Position numbers and translations under genes: made by a program | Shown: positions 1 through 12,124 of the stretch, piece by piece | Position numbering within the stretch: position 1 is the first letter of the stretch | Layout of the letters: each line of letters opens with the position of its first letter | The notes under the pieces: generated by a model | What the model was told of the DNA's origin: nothing | The model's database searches: none | The model's input: the letters and a program-made list of their open reading frames with translations, nothing else | From: a phage | Direction: 5' to 3' (one strand) | Sequence record: PZ452583.1 | DNA: 64,000 nt

Positions 1-32
1 AATATATTAAAGCATATTAAAGAGGATTAAAA

Positions 33-2012
33 ATGACTTTATTATCTCCGGGCATTGAGCTCAAAGAAACTACGGTTCAAAGCACCGTGGTTAATAACTC
101 TACTGGTACAGCAGCTTTGGCCGGTAAATTCCAGTGGGGTCCTGCTTTTCAGATTAAACAGGTTACAAATGAAGTAGATTTAGTTAATACTTTTGGTCAA
201 CCAACCGCTGAAACTGCTGACTATTTTATGTCTGCGATGAATTTCTTACAGTACGGAAATGACTTACGAGTAGTTCGTGCTGTTGATAGAGATACCGCTA
301 AAAACTCATCTCCGATTGCTGGTAATATTGAATACACAATTTCTACCCCAGGTAGTAACTATGCAGTTGGAGATAAAATCACGGTCAAATATGTTTCAGA
401 TGATATTGAAACTGAAGGTAAAATTACTGAAGTAGACGCAGATGGAAAAATTAAGAAAATTAATATTCCTACTGCAAAAATTATCGCTAAAGCTAAAGAA
501 GTCGGTGAATACCCAACATTAGGTTCTAACTGGACTGCAGAAATTTCTTCGTCTTCCTCTGGTTTAGCCGCAGTAATAACTCTTGGAAAAATTATTACTG
601 ATTCTGGTATTTTATTAGCTGAAATTGAAAATGCTGAAGCTGCTATGACAGCGGTTGACTTTCAAGCAAATCTCGAAAAATACGGAATTCCAGGAGTAGT
701 AGCTCTTTATCCAGGCGAATTAGGCGATAAAATTGAAATTGAAATCGTATCTAAAGCTGACTATGCAAAAGGAGCTTCTGCATTACTCCCAATTTATCCA
801 GGTGGTGGTACTCGTGCATCTACTGCTAAAGCAGTGTTTGGATATGGACCACAAACTGATTCACAGTACGCTATTATAGTTCGTCGTAATGATGCTATTG
901 TTCAAAGTGTTGTTCTTTCAACTAAGCGTGGTGAAAAAGATATTTACGATAGTAACATCTATATCGATGACTTTTTCGCAAAAGGTGGTTCAGAATATAT
1001 TTTTGCAACTGCACAAAACTGGCCAGAAGGCTTCTCTGGAATTTTAACTCTGTCTGGTGGATTATCATCAAATGCTGAAGTAACAGCAGGAGATTTGATG
1101 GAAGCTTGGGATTTCTTTGCTGATCGCGAATCTGTAGATGTTCAACTGTTTATTGCGGGTTCTTGTGCCGGTGAATCTTTAGAAACAGCATCTACTGTCC
1201 AAAAACACGTCGTTTCAATTGGGGATGCTCGTCAAGATTGCTTAGTATTGTGCTCACCACCACGTGAAACTGTAGTTGGAATTCCTGTAACTCGTGCAGT
1301 AGATAATTTAGTTAACTGGAGAACTGCGGCAGGTTCATACACTGATAATAACTTTAATATCAGTTCAACCTATGCAGCAATCGATGGCAACTACAAATAT
1401 CAGTATGACAAATATAATGATGTGAATCGTTGGGTTCCATTAGCAGCTGATATTGCTGGTTTATGCGCGAGAACCGATAACGTTTCTCAGACTTGGATGT
1501 CTCCAGCTGGTTATAATCGTGGCCAGATTCTTAACGTTATTAAACTTGCTATTGAAACTCGCCAGGCTCAGCGCGACCGTTTATACCAAGAAGCTATCAA
1601 CCCGGTAACTGGTACAGGTGGTGATGGTTACGTATTGTATGGTGATAAAACAGCTACTTCTGTTCCTTCTCCGTTTGATCGTATTAACGTTCGTCGTCTG
1701 TTTAATATGTTGAAAACGAACATCGGACGTAGTTCAAAATATCGTTTGTTCGAATTAAACAATGCGTTTACTCGTTCATCATTCCGCACAGAAACTGCCC
1801 AGTACTTACAGGGAATTAAAGCTCTCGGTGGAATTTATGAATATCGTGTAGTTTGCGATACAACAAATAACACTCCGTCAGTAATTGATAGAAATGAGTT
1901 TGTTGCAACATTCTACATCCAACCGGCGCGCAGTATAAATTATATTACTTTGAATTTCGTCGCAACTGCTACTGGCGCAGATTTCGATGAGTTAACTGGT
2001 CTTGCAGGTTAA
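33..2012 (+). CDS. 18: tail sheath protein gp18
   Basis: 659-aa ORF recognisable as T4 gp18 over full length; SD AAAGAGGA upstream of ATG. Confidence 0.95.
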   Translation: MTLLSPGIELKETTVQSTVVNNSTGTAALAGKFQWGPAFQIKQVTNEVDLVNTFGQPTAETADYFMSAMNFLQYGNDLRVVRAVDRDTAKNSSPIAGNIEYTISTPGSNYAVGDKITVKYVSDDIETEGKITEVDADGKIKKINIPTAKIIAKAKEVGEYPTLGSNWTAEISSSSSGLAAVITLGKIITDSGILLAEIENAEAAMTAVDFQANLEKYGIPGVVALYPGELGDKIEIEIVSKADYAKGASALLPIYPGGGTRASTAKAVFGYGPQTDSQYAIIVRRNDAIVQSVVLSTKRGEKDIYDSNIYIDDFFAKGGSEYIFATAQNWPEGFSGILTLSGGLSSNAEVTAGDLMEAWDFFADRESVDVQLFIAGSCAGESLETASTVQKHVVSIGDARQDCLVLCSPPRETVVGIPVTRAVDNLVNWRTAAGSYTDNNFNISSTYAAIDGNYKYQYDKYNDVNRWVPLAADIAGLCARTDNVSQTWMSPAGYNRGQILNVIKLAIETRQAQRDRLYQEAINPVTGTGGDGYVLYGDKTATSVPSPFDRINVRRLFNMLKTNIGRSSKYRLFELNNAFTRSSFRTETAQYLQGIKALGGIYEYRVVCDTTNNTPSVIDRNEFVATFYIQPARSINYITLNFVATATGADFDELTGLAG

Positions 2013-2028
2013 TACGGTGCATTCTAAA

Positions 2029-2046
2029 GGCCTGTTTCGGCAGGCC
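2029..2046 (+). terminator. hairpin after gene 18 (GGCCTG-TTTCGG-CAGGCC)
   Basis: perfect 6-bp GC stem; no strong U-run, so possibly an RNA-stability or partial terminator. Confidence 0.35.
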
Positions 2047-2047
2047 A

Positions 2048-2055
2048 TATAAATA
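2048..2055 (+). promoter_or_regulatory. late promoter (TATAAATA) upstream of gene 19
   Basis: exact TATAAATA. Confidence 0.6.
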
Positions 2056-2106
2056 CACTATATCCTTAATTCTTTAATTCTATATGCCCTAGGTTAAACA
2101 TAGGGA

Positions 2107-2114
2107 TATAAATA
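2107..2114 (+). promoter_or_regulatory. late promoter (TATAAATA) for gene 19
   Basis: exact TATAAATA 15 nt upstream of ATG. Confidence 0.7.
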
Positions 2115-2128
2115 CTACAGAGGCTAAT

Positions 2129-2620
2129 ATGTTTGTAGATGATGTAACACGAGCGTTTGAATCTGGTGATTTTGCTCGACCTAACTTATTCCAAGTAGAA
2201 ATTTCTTATCTTGGACAAAATTTTACGTTCCAATGTAAAGCCACTGCTTTACCAGCTGGTATTGTAGAAAAAATTCCAGTCGGATTTATGAACCGTAAAA
2301 TTAACGTGGCAGGCGATCGTACATTCGATGACTGGACTGTTACAGTAATGAACGATGAAGCTCATGATGCTCGCCAGAAGTTTGTTGATTGGCAAAGCAT
2401 TGCTGCAGGACAAGGAAACGAAATTACTGGTGGAAAACCTGCAGAGTATAAAAAGAGCGCTATCGTTCGTCAATATGCTCGTGACGCTAAAACAGTAACA
2501 AAAGAAATTGAAATTAAAGGTCTGTGGCCTACTAACGTGGGTGAACTTCAATTAGATTGGGATTCAAACAATGAAATTCAAACCTTTGAAGTAACTCTTG
2601 CTCTCGATTATTGGGAATAA
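2129..2620 (+). CDS. 19: tail tube protein gp19
   Basis: 163-aa ORF, T4 gp19-like; two TATAAATA late promoters upstream. Confidence 0.95.
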   Translation: MFVDDVTRAFESGDFARPNLFQVEISYLGQNFTFQCKATALPAGIVEKIPVGFMNRKINVAGDRTFDDWTVTVMNDEAHDARQKFVDWQSIAAGQGNEITGGKPAEYKKSAIVRQYARDAKTVTKEIEIKGLWPTNVGELQLDWDSNNEIQTFEVTLALDYWE

Positions 2621-2652
2621 AATGAATGGGGAGAAATCCCCATCCTGCTTAA

Positions 2653-4277
<1,625 letters not shown>

Positions 4278-4278
<1 letters not shown>

Positions 4279-4517
4279 TGGAAGGTTTAATTGAAGCTAT
4301 TAAATCAAACGACCTCGTAGCCGCTCGTAAATTATTTGCTGAAGCCATGGCTGCAAGAACGACTGATTTAATTAAAGAAGAAAAAATCGCTATCGCTCGT
4401 AATTTCTTAATCGAAGGTGAAGAACCTGATGACGAGGATGATGACGAAGACGAAGATAGTGATGATAAAGACGACAAAAAAGACAAAGACTCTGACGAAG
4501 ACGAGGATGATGAATAA
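4278..4517 (+). CDS. 67: prohead core protein gp67
   Basis: 79-aa ORF with poly-acidic DE-rich C-terminus, start overlaps gene 20 stop; position and composition match T4 gp67. Confidence 0.85.
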
Positions 4518-4942
4518 TGCTTCTGATCCCTGAAACTCATGAATTAGTTCTCGAGAATGTCGAAGCACTTATTCCTGAAGCACAGGGTCGCTTTGACGAA
4601 TTGTCTTCTGCTTTAAATAAAGACGATATAAATACAATTGTCGAGAATATGCTTGATGATGAAACTGATTTAGCGGTTGCATTAGCTTCTATTAATGAAA
4701 ATATGCCGTTAAATGAATTTATCGTTAAACATGTTTCTGCCCGTGGTGAAATTACTCGCACTAAAGATCGCAAAACCCGCGAACGTAATGCATTTCAAAC
4801 TACCGGGTTGTCTAAAGCAAAACGTAGACAAATTGCTCGTAAAGCTACCAAAACGAAGATTGCCAATCCAGCAGGTCAATCTCGTGCTCAGCGTAAGCGT
4901 AAAAAAGCTCTTAAACGCCGTAAAGCATTAGGATTAAGCTAA
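4517..4942 (+). CDS. 68: prohead core protein gp68
   Basis: 141-aa ORF with basic C-terminus, ATGA-type coupling to neighbours; synteny with T4 gene 68. Confidence 0.85.
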
Positions 4943-5580
4943 TGAATGAACCCCAATTGCTAATTGAAACTTGGGGTCAACCTGGCGAAATTATTGATGG
5001 CGTGCCAATGCTTGAATCCCATGATGGGAAAGACTTAGGTTTAAAACCTGGTTTATACATCGAAGGAATATTCATGCAAGCAGAAGTCGTCAATAGAAAT
5101 AAACGTCTTTATCCAAAACGTATATTAGAAAAAGCGGTAAAAGACTATATTAATGAGCAAGTTTTAACTAAACAAGCTCTCGGAGAATTAAATCATCCTC
5201 CACGCGCTAATGTTGACCCGATGCAAGCCGCTATCATTATAGAAGATATGTGGTGGAAAGGAAATGACGTATACGGACGAGCTCGTGTTATTGAAGGTGA
5301 CCATGGTCCTGGAGATAAATTAGCAGCTAATATTCGTGCCGGATGGATTCCAGGAGTTTCTTCTCGTGGATTAGGTTCATTGACTGACACAAATAAAGGT
5401 TATCGTATCGTAAACGAAGGATTCAAATTAACTGTAGGTGTTGATGCAGTATGGGGTCCAAGTGCTCCAGATGCATGGGTAACTCCTAAGGAAATTACCG
5501 AATCACAGACGGCGGAAGCCGATACAAGTGCCGATGACGCCTATATGGCTCTCGCAGAGGCCATGAAAAAAGCGTTATAA
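4942..5580 (+). CDS. 21: prohead core protease gp21
   Basis: 212-aa ORF, T4 gp21-like sequence and length. Confidence 0.93.
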   Translation: MNEPQLLIETWGQPGEIIDGVPMLESHDGKDLGLKPGLYIEGIFMQAEVVNRNKRLYPKRILEKAVKDYINEQVLTKQALGELNHPPRANVDPMQAAIIIEDMWWKGNDVYGRARVIEGDHGPGDKLAANIRAGWIPGVSSRGLGSLTDTNKGYRIVNEGFKLTVGVDAVWGPSAPDAWVTPKEITESQTAEADTSADDAYMALAEAMKKAL

Positions 5581-5583
5581 ATA
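5576..5583 (+). promoter_or_regulatory. late promoter for gene 22
   Basis: exact TATAAATA overlapping gene 21 stop. Confidence 0.65.
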
Positions 5584-5610
5584 TTATTATCTAAACAACA
5601 GGACTACAAA

Positions 5611-6420
5611 ATGCTTAAAGAACAACTGATTGCCGAAGCGCAGAAAATTGATGCTTCCGTTGCTCTTGATAGTATTTTCGAATCAGTTAATATTTCTCCG
5701 GAAGCAAAAGAAACTTTCGGCACTGTATTCGAAGCTACCGTCAAGCAGCACGCCGTTAAATTAGCTGAATCTCATATCGCTAAAATTGCTGAAAAAGCAG
5801 AAGAAGAAGTAGAAAAAAATAAAGAAGAAGCAGAAGAAAAAGCTGAGAAGAAAATCGCTGAGCAAGCTTCTAAATTCCTTGACCATCTTGCAAAAGAATG
5901 GCTCACTGAAAATAAATTAGCAGTAGATAAAGGTATCAAAGCCGAACTGTTTGAATCCATGCTTGGTGGATTGAAAGAGCTCTTCGTTGAACACAACGTT
6001 GTTGTTCCAGAAGAATCAGTTGATGTTGTAGCTGAAATGGAAGAAGAACTGCAAGAACATAAAGAAGAATCAGCTCGTCTGTTCGAAGAACTCAATAAGC
6101 GTGACGCATATATCAATTATGTGCAGCGTGAAGTGGCATTGAGCGAAAGTACTAAAGATCTGACTGAGTCTCAAAAAGAAAAAGTCTCTGCTCTGGTCGA
6201 AGGTATTGATTATTCAGATGCATTCTCAAGCAAATTGAGTGCCATCGTAGAAATGGTGAAGAAATCTAATAAAGATGAAAGCACTATTACTGAGAGTATA
6301 AATACTCCTGATACTGAAGCAGCCGGACTGAATTTCGTCACTGAAGCTGTAGAAGATAAATCTGCACAAGGTGCAGAAGATATTGTAAGTGTATATGCGA
6401 AAGTCGCATCTCGTTTCTAA
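5611..6420 (+). CDS. 22: prohead core scaffold protein gp22
   Basis: 269-aa highly charged coiled-coil-type ORF; late promoter TATAAATA at 5576-5583. Confidence 0.9.
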   Translation: MLKEQLIAEAQKIDASVALDSIFESVNISPEAKETFGTVFEATVKQHAVKLAESHIAKIAEKAEEEVEKNKEEAEEKAEKKIAEQASKFLDHLAKEWLTENKLAVDKGIKAELFESMLGGLKELFVEHNVVVPEESVDVVAEMEEELQEHKEESARLFEELNKRDAYINYVQREVALSESTKDLTESQKEKVSALVEGIDYSDAFSSKLSAIVEMVKKSNKDESTITESINTPDTEAAGLNFVTEAVEDKSAQGAEDIVSVYAKVASRF

Positions 6421-6438
6421 TTTTAAAGGTTAACACAA

Positions 6439-8004
6439 ATGACTATCAAAACTAAAGCTGAACTTTTGAACAAATGGAAGCCATTACTGGAAGGTGAAGG
6501 TTTACCGGAAATTGCTAATAGCAAACAAGCGATTATCGCTAAAATCTTTGAAAACCAGGAAAAAGATTTCCAGACAGCTCCGGAATATAAAGACGAAAAA
6601 ATTGCTCAGGCATTCGGTTCTTTCTTAACAGAAGCTGAAATCGGTGGTGACCACGGTTACAATGCTACCAACATCGCTGCAGGTCAGACTTCTGGCGCAG
6701 TAACTCAGATTGGCCCAGCTGTTATGGGTATGGTACGTCGTGCTATTCCTAACCTGATTGCTTTCGATATTTGCGGTGTTCAGCCGATGAACAGCCCGAC
6801 TGGTCAAGTATTCGCACTTCGTGCGGTATATGGTAAAGACCCAATCGCTTCCGGCGCTAAAGAAGCATTCCACCCAATGTATGGTCCAGATGCAATGTTC
6901 TCTGGTCAGGGTGCTGCTAAGAAATTCCCAGCTCTGGCTGCTAGTACTGAAACTGTTGTAGGTGATATCTATACTCACTTCTTCCAGGAAACCGGTACTG
7001 TATATCTGCAAGCTTCAGCTGTTGTGACAATTGATTCTAGTGCAAATGATGCAGCTAAATTAGATGCTGAAATTAAGAAACAAATGGAAGCAGGTGTACT
7101 GGTAGAAATCGCTGAAGGTATGGCTACTTCTATCGCTGAACTTCAGGAAGGTTTCAACGGTTCTACCGATAACCCATGGAATGAAATGGGCTTCCGTATC
7201 GATAAACAAGTTATTGAAGCTAAATCTCGCCAGCTGAAAGCTGCTTACTCTATCGAATTAGCACAAGACCTCCGCGCTGTTCATGGTATGGATGCTGATG
7301 CTGAACTGTCTGGTATTCTGGCTACAGAAATTATGCTGGAAATCAACCGCGAAGTTGTTGATTGGATTAACTACTCAGCGCAGGTTGGTAAATCTGGTAT
7401 GACCCTGACTCCGGGTTCTAAAGCTGGTGTATTTGACTTCCAGGATCCAATTGATATTCGTGGTGCTCGCTGGGCAGGTGAATCCTTTAAAGCTCTGTTG
7501 TTCCAGATTGACAAAGAAGCAGTTGAAATTGCTCGTCAGACCGGTCGTGGTGAAGGTAACTTCATTATCGCTTCCCGTAACGTAGTTAACGTTCTGGCTT
7601 CAGTTGATACCGGCATTTCTTATGCTGCACAGGGTCTGGCTACTGGCTTTAACACTGATACTACCAAGTCAGTATTTGCTGGTGTTCTGGGTGGTAAATA
7701 CCGTGTATATATCGACCAGTATGCTAAACAGGATTATTTCACTGTAGGTTATAAAGGTCCGAACGAAATGGATGCTGGTATTTACTATGCTCCATATGTA
7801 GCTCTGACTCCGCTGCGTGGTTCCGATCCGAAGAACTTCCAACCAGTAATGGGATTCAAAACTCGTTACGGTATCGGTATCAACCCATTTGCAGAATCCG
7901 CTGCTCAGGCTCCGGCTTCTCGCATCCAGAGCGGTATGCCTTCTATTCTGAACAGCCTTGGTAAGAACGCTTACTTCCGCCGTGTATATGTTAAAGGTAT
8001 CTAA
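6439..8004 (+). CDS. 23: major capsid protein gp23
   Basis: 521-aa ORF, unmistakable T4 gp23 homolog (MTIKTKAELLNKWKPLLEGEG...); strong terminator downstream. Confidence 0.97.
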   Translation: MTIKTKAELLNKWKPLLEGEGLPEIANSKQAIIAKIFENQEKDFQTAPEYKDEKIAQAFGSFLTEAEIGGDHGYNATNIAAGQTSGAVTQIGPAVMGMVRRAIPNLIAFDICGVQPMNSPTGQVFALRAVYGKDPIASGAKEAFHPMYGPDAMFSGQGAAKKFPALAASTETVVGDIYTHFFQETGTVYLQASAVVTIDSSANDAAKLDAEIKKQMEAGVLVEIAEGMATSIAELQEGFNGSTDNPWNEMGFRIDKQVIEAKSRQLKAAYSIELAQDLRAVHGMDADAELSGILATEIMLEINREVVDWINYSAQVGKSGMTLTPGSKAGVFDFQDPIDIRGARWAGESFKALLFQIDKEAVEIARQTGRGEGNFIIASRNVVNVLASVDTGISYAAQGLATGFNTDTTKSVFAGVLGGKYRVYIDQYAKQDYFTVGYKGPNEMDAGIYYAPYVALTPLRGSDPKNFQPVMGFKTRYGIGINPFAESAAQAPASRIQSGMPSILNSLGKNAYFRRVYVKGI

Positions 8005-8019
8005 TCTTTGACGATTTAA

Positions 8020-8050
8020 GGGACCTTCGGGTCCCTTTAGTTGTTTTTAT
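8020..8050 (+). terminator. rho-independent terminator after gene 23
   Basis: GGGACC-TTCG-GGTCCC then TTTAGTTGTTTTTAT. Confidence 0.75.
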
Positions 8051-8052
8051 GG

Positions 8053-8060
8053 TATAAATA
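8053..8060 (+). promoter_or_regulatory. late promoter for gene 24
   Basis: exact TATAAATA following the gene 23 terminator. Confidence 0.7.
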
Positions 8061-8087
8061 AATCATATAAACTGAAAGGAAAGCGCA

Positions 8088-9371
8088 ATGGCTAAAATCA
8101 ACGAACTTCTGCGCGAATCAACCACAACGAATAGCAACTCAATCGGTCGCCCAAATCTCGTTGCTTTGACTCGCGCTACCACTAAATTAATATATTCTGA
8201 CATTGTAGCAACGCAAAGAACTAATCAACCTGTTGCTGCTTTTTATGGTATCAAATACCTTAACCCAGACAATGAATTTACATTTAAAACTGGTGCTACT
8301 TATGCTGGCGAAGCTGGATATGTAGACCGAGAACAAATCACAGAATTAACAGAAGAGTCTAAATTAACTCTCAATAAAGGCGATTTATTCAAATATAATA
8401 ATATCGTTTATAAAGTATTAGAAGATACACCATTTGCTGATATTGAAGAAAGTGATTTAGAATTAGCTCTTCAGATTGCAATTGTTCTTTTAAAGGTTCG
8501 TCTATTTTCTGACGCAGCGTCAACAAGCAAATTTGAAAGCTCTGATAGTGAAATTGCGGATGCTAGATTCCAGATTAATAAATGGCAAACCGCAGTTAAA
8601 TCTCGTAAACTTAAAACTGGCATCACAGTTGAATTAGCACAAGATTTAGAAGCAAATGGATTCGATGCTCCTAATTTCTTGGAAGATTTGCTTGCAACTG
8701 AAATGGCAGATGAAATCAATAAAGATATTCTGCAGTCTTTGATTACAGTATCAAAACGTTATAAAGTTACAGGAATTACTGACACTGGATTCATTGATTT
8801 GAGTTATGCATCTGCACCTGAAGCTGGTCGTTCATTATACCGAATGGTATGTGAAATGGTTTCGCATATCCAAAAAGAATCAACTTATACAGCAACGTTT
8901 TGTGTTGCTTCAGCTCGTGCCGCTGCGATTCTTGCTGCATCAGGTTGGTTAAAACATAAACCAGAAGATGATAAATATCTTTCACAAAATGCCTATGGGT
9001 TCTTAGCTAATGGTTTACCGCTTTATTGCGATACTAACAGCCCATTAGATTATGTAATCGTTGGCGTAGTAGAAAATATCGGTGAAAAAGAAATTGTTGG
9101 ATCAATTTTCTATGCTCCGTATACAGAAGGTCTCGACTTAGATGACCCTGAACATGTAGGTGCATTTAAAGTTGTTGTTGATCCAGAAAGCTTGCAACCG
9201 TCTATCGGTTTATTAGTTAGATATGCTTTATCTGCAAATCCTTACACCGTAGCAAAAGATGAAAAAGAAGCAAGAGTAATTGATGGTGGAGACATGGATA
9301 AAATGGCGGGTCGTTCAGATTTGTCTGTTTTATTAGGTGTTAAGCTACCAAAAATTATCATTGATGAATAA
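8088..9371 (+). CDS. 24: capsid vertex protein gp24
   Basis: 427-aa ORF, gp23 paralog in T4 position; late promoter 8053-8060. Confidence 0.95.
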   Translation: MAKINELLRESTTTNSNSIGRPNLVALTRATTKLIYSDIVATQRTNQPVAAFYGIKYLNPDNEFTFKTGATYAGEAGYVDREQITELTEESKLTLNKGDLFKYNNIVYKVLEDTPFADIEESDLELALQIAIVLLKVRLFSDAASTSKFESSDSEIADARFQINKWQTAVKSRKLKTGITVELAQDLEANGFDAPNFLEDLLATEMADEINKDILQSLITVSKRYKVTGITDTGFIDLSYASAPEAGRSLYRMVCEMVSHIQKESTYTATFCVASARAAAILAASGWLKHKPEDDKYLSQNAYGFLANGLPLYCDTNSPLDYVIVGVVENIGEKEIVGSIFYAPYTEGLDLDDPEHVGAFKVVVDPESLQPSIGLLVRYALSANPYTVAKDEKEARVIDGGDMDKMAGRSDLSVLLGVKLPKIIIDE

Positions 9372-9377
9372 AACAAA

Positions 9378-9402
9378 GGGACCTTTCGGTCCCTTTTTAT
9401 TT
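9378..9402. terminator. bidirectional terminator between gene 24 and rnlB
   Basis: GGGACC-TTTC-GGTCCC flanked by T-runs on both strands. Confidence 0.7.
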
Positions 9403-10405
9403 AGCTCACCAATTCAATCCAAGCCGGACGAAGTACATCTTGTACCATTTTAACTAATTCCTTTTTAATCAAAGAAGGATTATCCGCTTGAGTTAGAGTA
9501 ATACCTTCACGAGAAGTTTCTTCCAAAATATCTTGAACAGTTAGTCCCATCACCTTTCCAAAATCTTTTGGACCAATTTCGCCAATTTTAGAAATAACGT
9601 TATTTACTCGGTTTAGTGTAACGTAACAAGCTAAAATTCCCACCAATTTGTTATCAGCTTCTGACAGTTCAACTTTAGCTTTAATAGGCTTATCAGACTT
9701 TTTCTTTTCACTAAATTTAGAATTCTTGCATTTGATAGCTACACGATTGCGATTAGGCAGCCAAGAAGGATAACAAGGTTTCAATACATATCCTTCAGCG
9801 GTAAATACTTCGCCTTTGGCTTCAGCTTTCCAAACACATTTGTTAGCGTCAATTAAACCTGCATTATCTACGGTAAAATTATAAGACGGAACAACAGAAT
9901 CCAAATCATTTGGAAGTTTAATAAGATCTTCAAATTTACCACGACCCAAAAGTGGAGCGATTTTAAACCCAAATGAATTACAAAACGATTCCATCATGTA
10001 ATCATCAACATAAGTTACATCGCCACTTTCTGTAGTGACAATAATGTCAAATACATAAAAATCTTTATCGCCATAATCAACATTCTTCTGAATGCCAGGT
10101 CCAGCGAATTCGCCAAAGACTTGATAAGATACAACCGCTGAAGTTTCCATAATATCTTGTACTGCTTTAATGGAATCAGCGTAATTCTTTAGAATAATTT
10201 CATACCCAAAGAAATCTTCAGCAGGAAGAATCGGTCCAGTACGTTTAGCGCAAGTTACTTTATCACGCTCAATAATCAAAGAAAAGTTTGTTCCATGAAT
10301 TTTTTCACGAGCTACCCATTCGCCGCCAGTCAATCCCAAGCTATAAAGTTTTTCAATAAATTTAGAGTTGTAATGATTTTCAAGACTGCTATACTTTTTA
10401 AACAT
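9401..10405 (-). CDS. rnlB: RNA ligase 2 (Rnl2)
   Basis: 334-aa ORF with nucleotidyltransferase motif KIHGTN; T4 rnlB position after gene 24. Confidence 0.9.
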   Translation of the reverse strand: MFKKYSSLENHYNSKFIEKLYSLGLTGGEWVAREKIHGTNFSLIIERDKVTCAKRTGPILPAEDFFGYEIILKNYADSIKAVQDIMETSAVVSYQVFGEFAGPGIQKNVDYGDKDFYVFDIIVTTESGDVTYVDDYMMESFCNSFGFKIAPLLGRGKFEDLIKLPNDLDSVVPSYNFTVDNAGLIDANKCVWKAEAKGEVFTAEGYVLKPCYPSWLPNRNRVAIKCKNSKFSEKKKSDKPIKAKVELSEADNKLVGILACYVTLNRVNNVISKIGEIGPKDFGKVMGLTVQDILEETSREGITLTQADNPSLIKKELVKMVQDVLRPAWIELVS

Positions 10406-10414
10406 AATTAATCC

Positions 10415-10693
10415 TCAAAATGTAATTTCTAACCAATCACCATCACGCTGATCACTATTGACTTTAAAATTAAATCCTTCTTTTCTCAGCCAATCACCAA
10501 TTTCTTCAGTAATCAGTTTATCGCGAGCAGTACAATAATAACTAAAATATGTTTTACCTTGTTCAGCTGCTTTATTAGCAAGTTCTGAAAAATCTTTAAT
10601 AAAACACTCTAGCTTAAACTGTTTACTTTTTAATGCTTTTTCACGTAATTGATTAGCAAAAGATTCATTTTCATAAAGATCATACTGTTCCAT
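10415..10693 (-). CDS. hypothetical protein (T4 24.2 position)
   Basis: 92-aa ORF, synteny only. Confidence 0.55.
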   Translation of the reverse strand: MEQYDLYENESFANQLREKALKSKQFKLECFIKDFSELANKAAEQGKTYFSYYCTARDKLITEEIGDWLRKEGFNFKVNSDQRDGDWLEITF

Positions 10694-10895
10694 TTTTCAC
10701 CTTTTTATTAATATGTCTTTTTCTATAGACAACTTTTTCTCGAGTCTCAAATTTATTCTTAGCAGTCATAGCTCGAGCCCATAATACAGCCACTTCTTTC
10801 GCCTGTAAGTTTAATTCACGAGCAATTTCAATGAATGACTTTCCAGACTCATGAAGAGTAAACACCACAACCTCAGTTCTCATAATCAATCTCAT
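10680..10895 (-). CDS. hypothetical small basic protein (T4 24.3 position)
   Basis: 71-aa ORF overlapping downstream ORF; synteny only. Confidence 0.5.
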   Translation of the reverse strand: MRLIMRTEVVVFTLHESGKSFIEIARELNLQAKEVAVLWARAMTAKNKFETREKVVYRKRHINKKVKNGTV

Positions 10896-10954
10896 GTTAT
10901 CGAGTTGGTGCCATTATATACACCATTTTCTGATTGTGTTTTGTGTGCTTTCAA

Positions 10955-10978
10955 AATGAAAAAAGGGGCCGAAGCCCC
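10955..10978 (-). terminator. terminator downstream of hoc
   Basis: GGGGC-CGAA-GCCCC then minus-strand TTTTTTCATTTT. Confidence 0.6.
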
Positions 10979-10984
10979 TTATGA

Positions 10985-12115
10985 TTATGGATAGGTATAG
11001 ATGATACCAGTTTCTAAAGCAGTTTTGTGAATGATGTATCCATTACGCGATTCTTGAACATCAACTTCTGGATAATCTTTCATCATTTTCTGAAGAGTGT
11101 AACGATGCAAGTAGTACTTACTATCTGGATCATCAGTTTTCCAATCTTTACCTTCTTCGGTCATTTTTTGGATTTCATCCATAACCCACCAACCACACCA
11201 GATGTAAGCTGAAGTACGATGTGGAAGAGGATGAACATAAGGTAATTCACCTTCTGGTTCTGGAGCAACTTTATCAGTTACCTGAACTTGACCTTCTGCT
11301 GTAATAGTTTTGCTATCATAATCAGTAGCAGTAACAATTGCAGTAACTTCAATAGTTTGACTTCCAATAGATGAGGTATCAACGGTATATACATTAGTTG
11401 ACCCTTCTACAGGAGAAGAATCTTTCTTCCATGAATACGCAATTTGCGCTTCTTCTGGAGCATCAGTGACATTAGCGGTAAATGTAGCCGAAGCATCTTG
11501 TTGAACGTTAATAGAAGGAGGAGTCAATGTAACCTGTGGATTCATTGTCTTCTTATTAACCGTTAATGATACTTCATTCGAAGTAACTTCTTTTGCGTCA
11601 TAATCTGTTGCGGTTACTTGAGCCACACACTTGATTTTTTTAACTCCGCTTGTAGTAGGAGTGTAATTGAATGTAGCAGAAGTTGCTTCGCCCACAGGAG
11701 AACCGTCAACGTGCCATTGATACGTAGCAGATGCACCTGATGGCTGCGAAGCTAAAGCAGCAGTAAATTCAACTGGGGTTCCGATTACTCCAGCAGCGGG
11801 GCTATCAGGAGTTACTGCCAAGGTAGTTGTCTGTGTCTTGTTTTGAACTGTAATAGTTGTACTAATTTCAGCTGTTTCAGCTTCAGAATCAGGAATAGTA
11901 TTTGTTGCAACTACCTTAATAGTCTTTTGACCGGCAGGTCCTTTTAATACATAATCAAAAGTTGCTGCTGATCCTTCTTGGGGAGCATCATCTACACTCC
12001 AAGCATAGGTAATAGTTCCACCTCCAGTTTCACCACTGGGTGTAGCAGTAAACTGCTTGGTTTCATCAATAACCCCTGTTGGTGTTTTAGGAGTTATATC
12101 AACTGTAAAAGCCAT
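10985..12115 (-). CDS. hoc: highly immunogenic outer capsid protein Hoc
   Basis: 376-aa ORF with repeated Ig-like Thr/Val-rich modules and conserved C-terminal capsid-binding region; T4 Hoc length. Confidence 0.9.
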   Translation of the reverse strand: MAFTVDITPKTPTGVIDETKQFTATPSGETGGGTITYAWSVDDAPQEGSAATFDYVLKGPAGQKTIKVVATNTIPDSEAETAEISTTITVQNKTQTTTLAVTPDSPAAGVIGTPVEFTAALASQPSGASATYQWHVDGSPVGEATSATFNYTPTTSGVKKIKCVAQVTATDYDAKEVTSNEVSLTVNKKTMNPQVTLTPPSINVQQDASATFTANVTDAPEEAQIAYSWKKDSSPVEGSTNVYTVDTSSIGSQTIEVTAIVTATDYDSKTITAEGQVQVTDKVAPEPEGELPYVHPLPHRTSAYIWCGWWVMDEIQKMTEEGKDWKTDDPDSKYYLHRYTLQKMMKDYPEVDVQESRNGYIIHKTALETGIIYTYP

Positions 12116-12124
12116 AAGTTATCC

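Noticed and set aside
6625-7011. 128-aa minus-strand ORF inside gene 23
   Set aside because: Entirely within the major capsid gene on the opposite strand; no promoter or SD; the gp23 frame is unambiguous.
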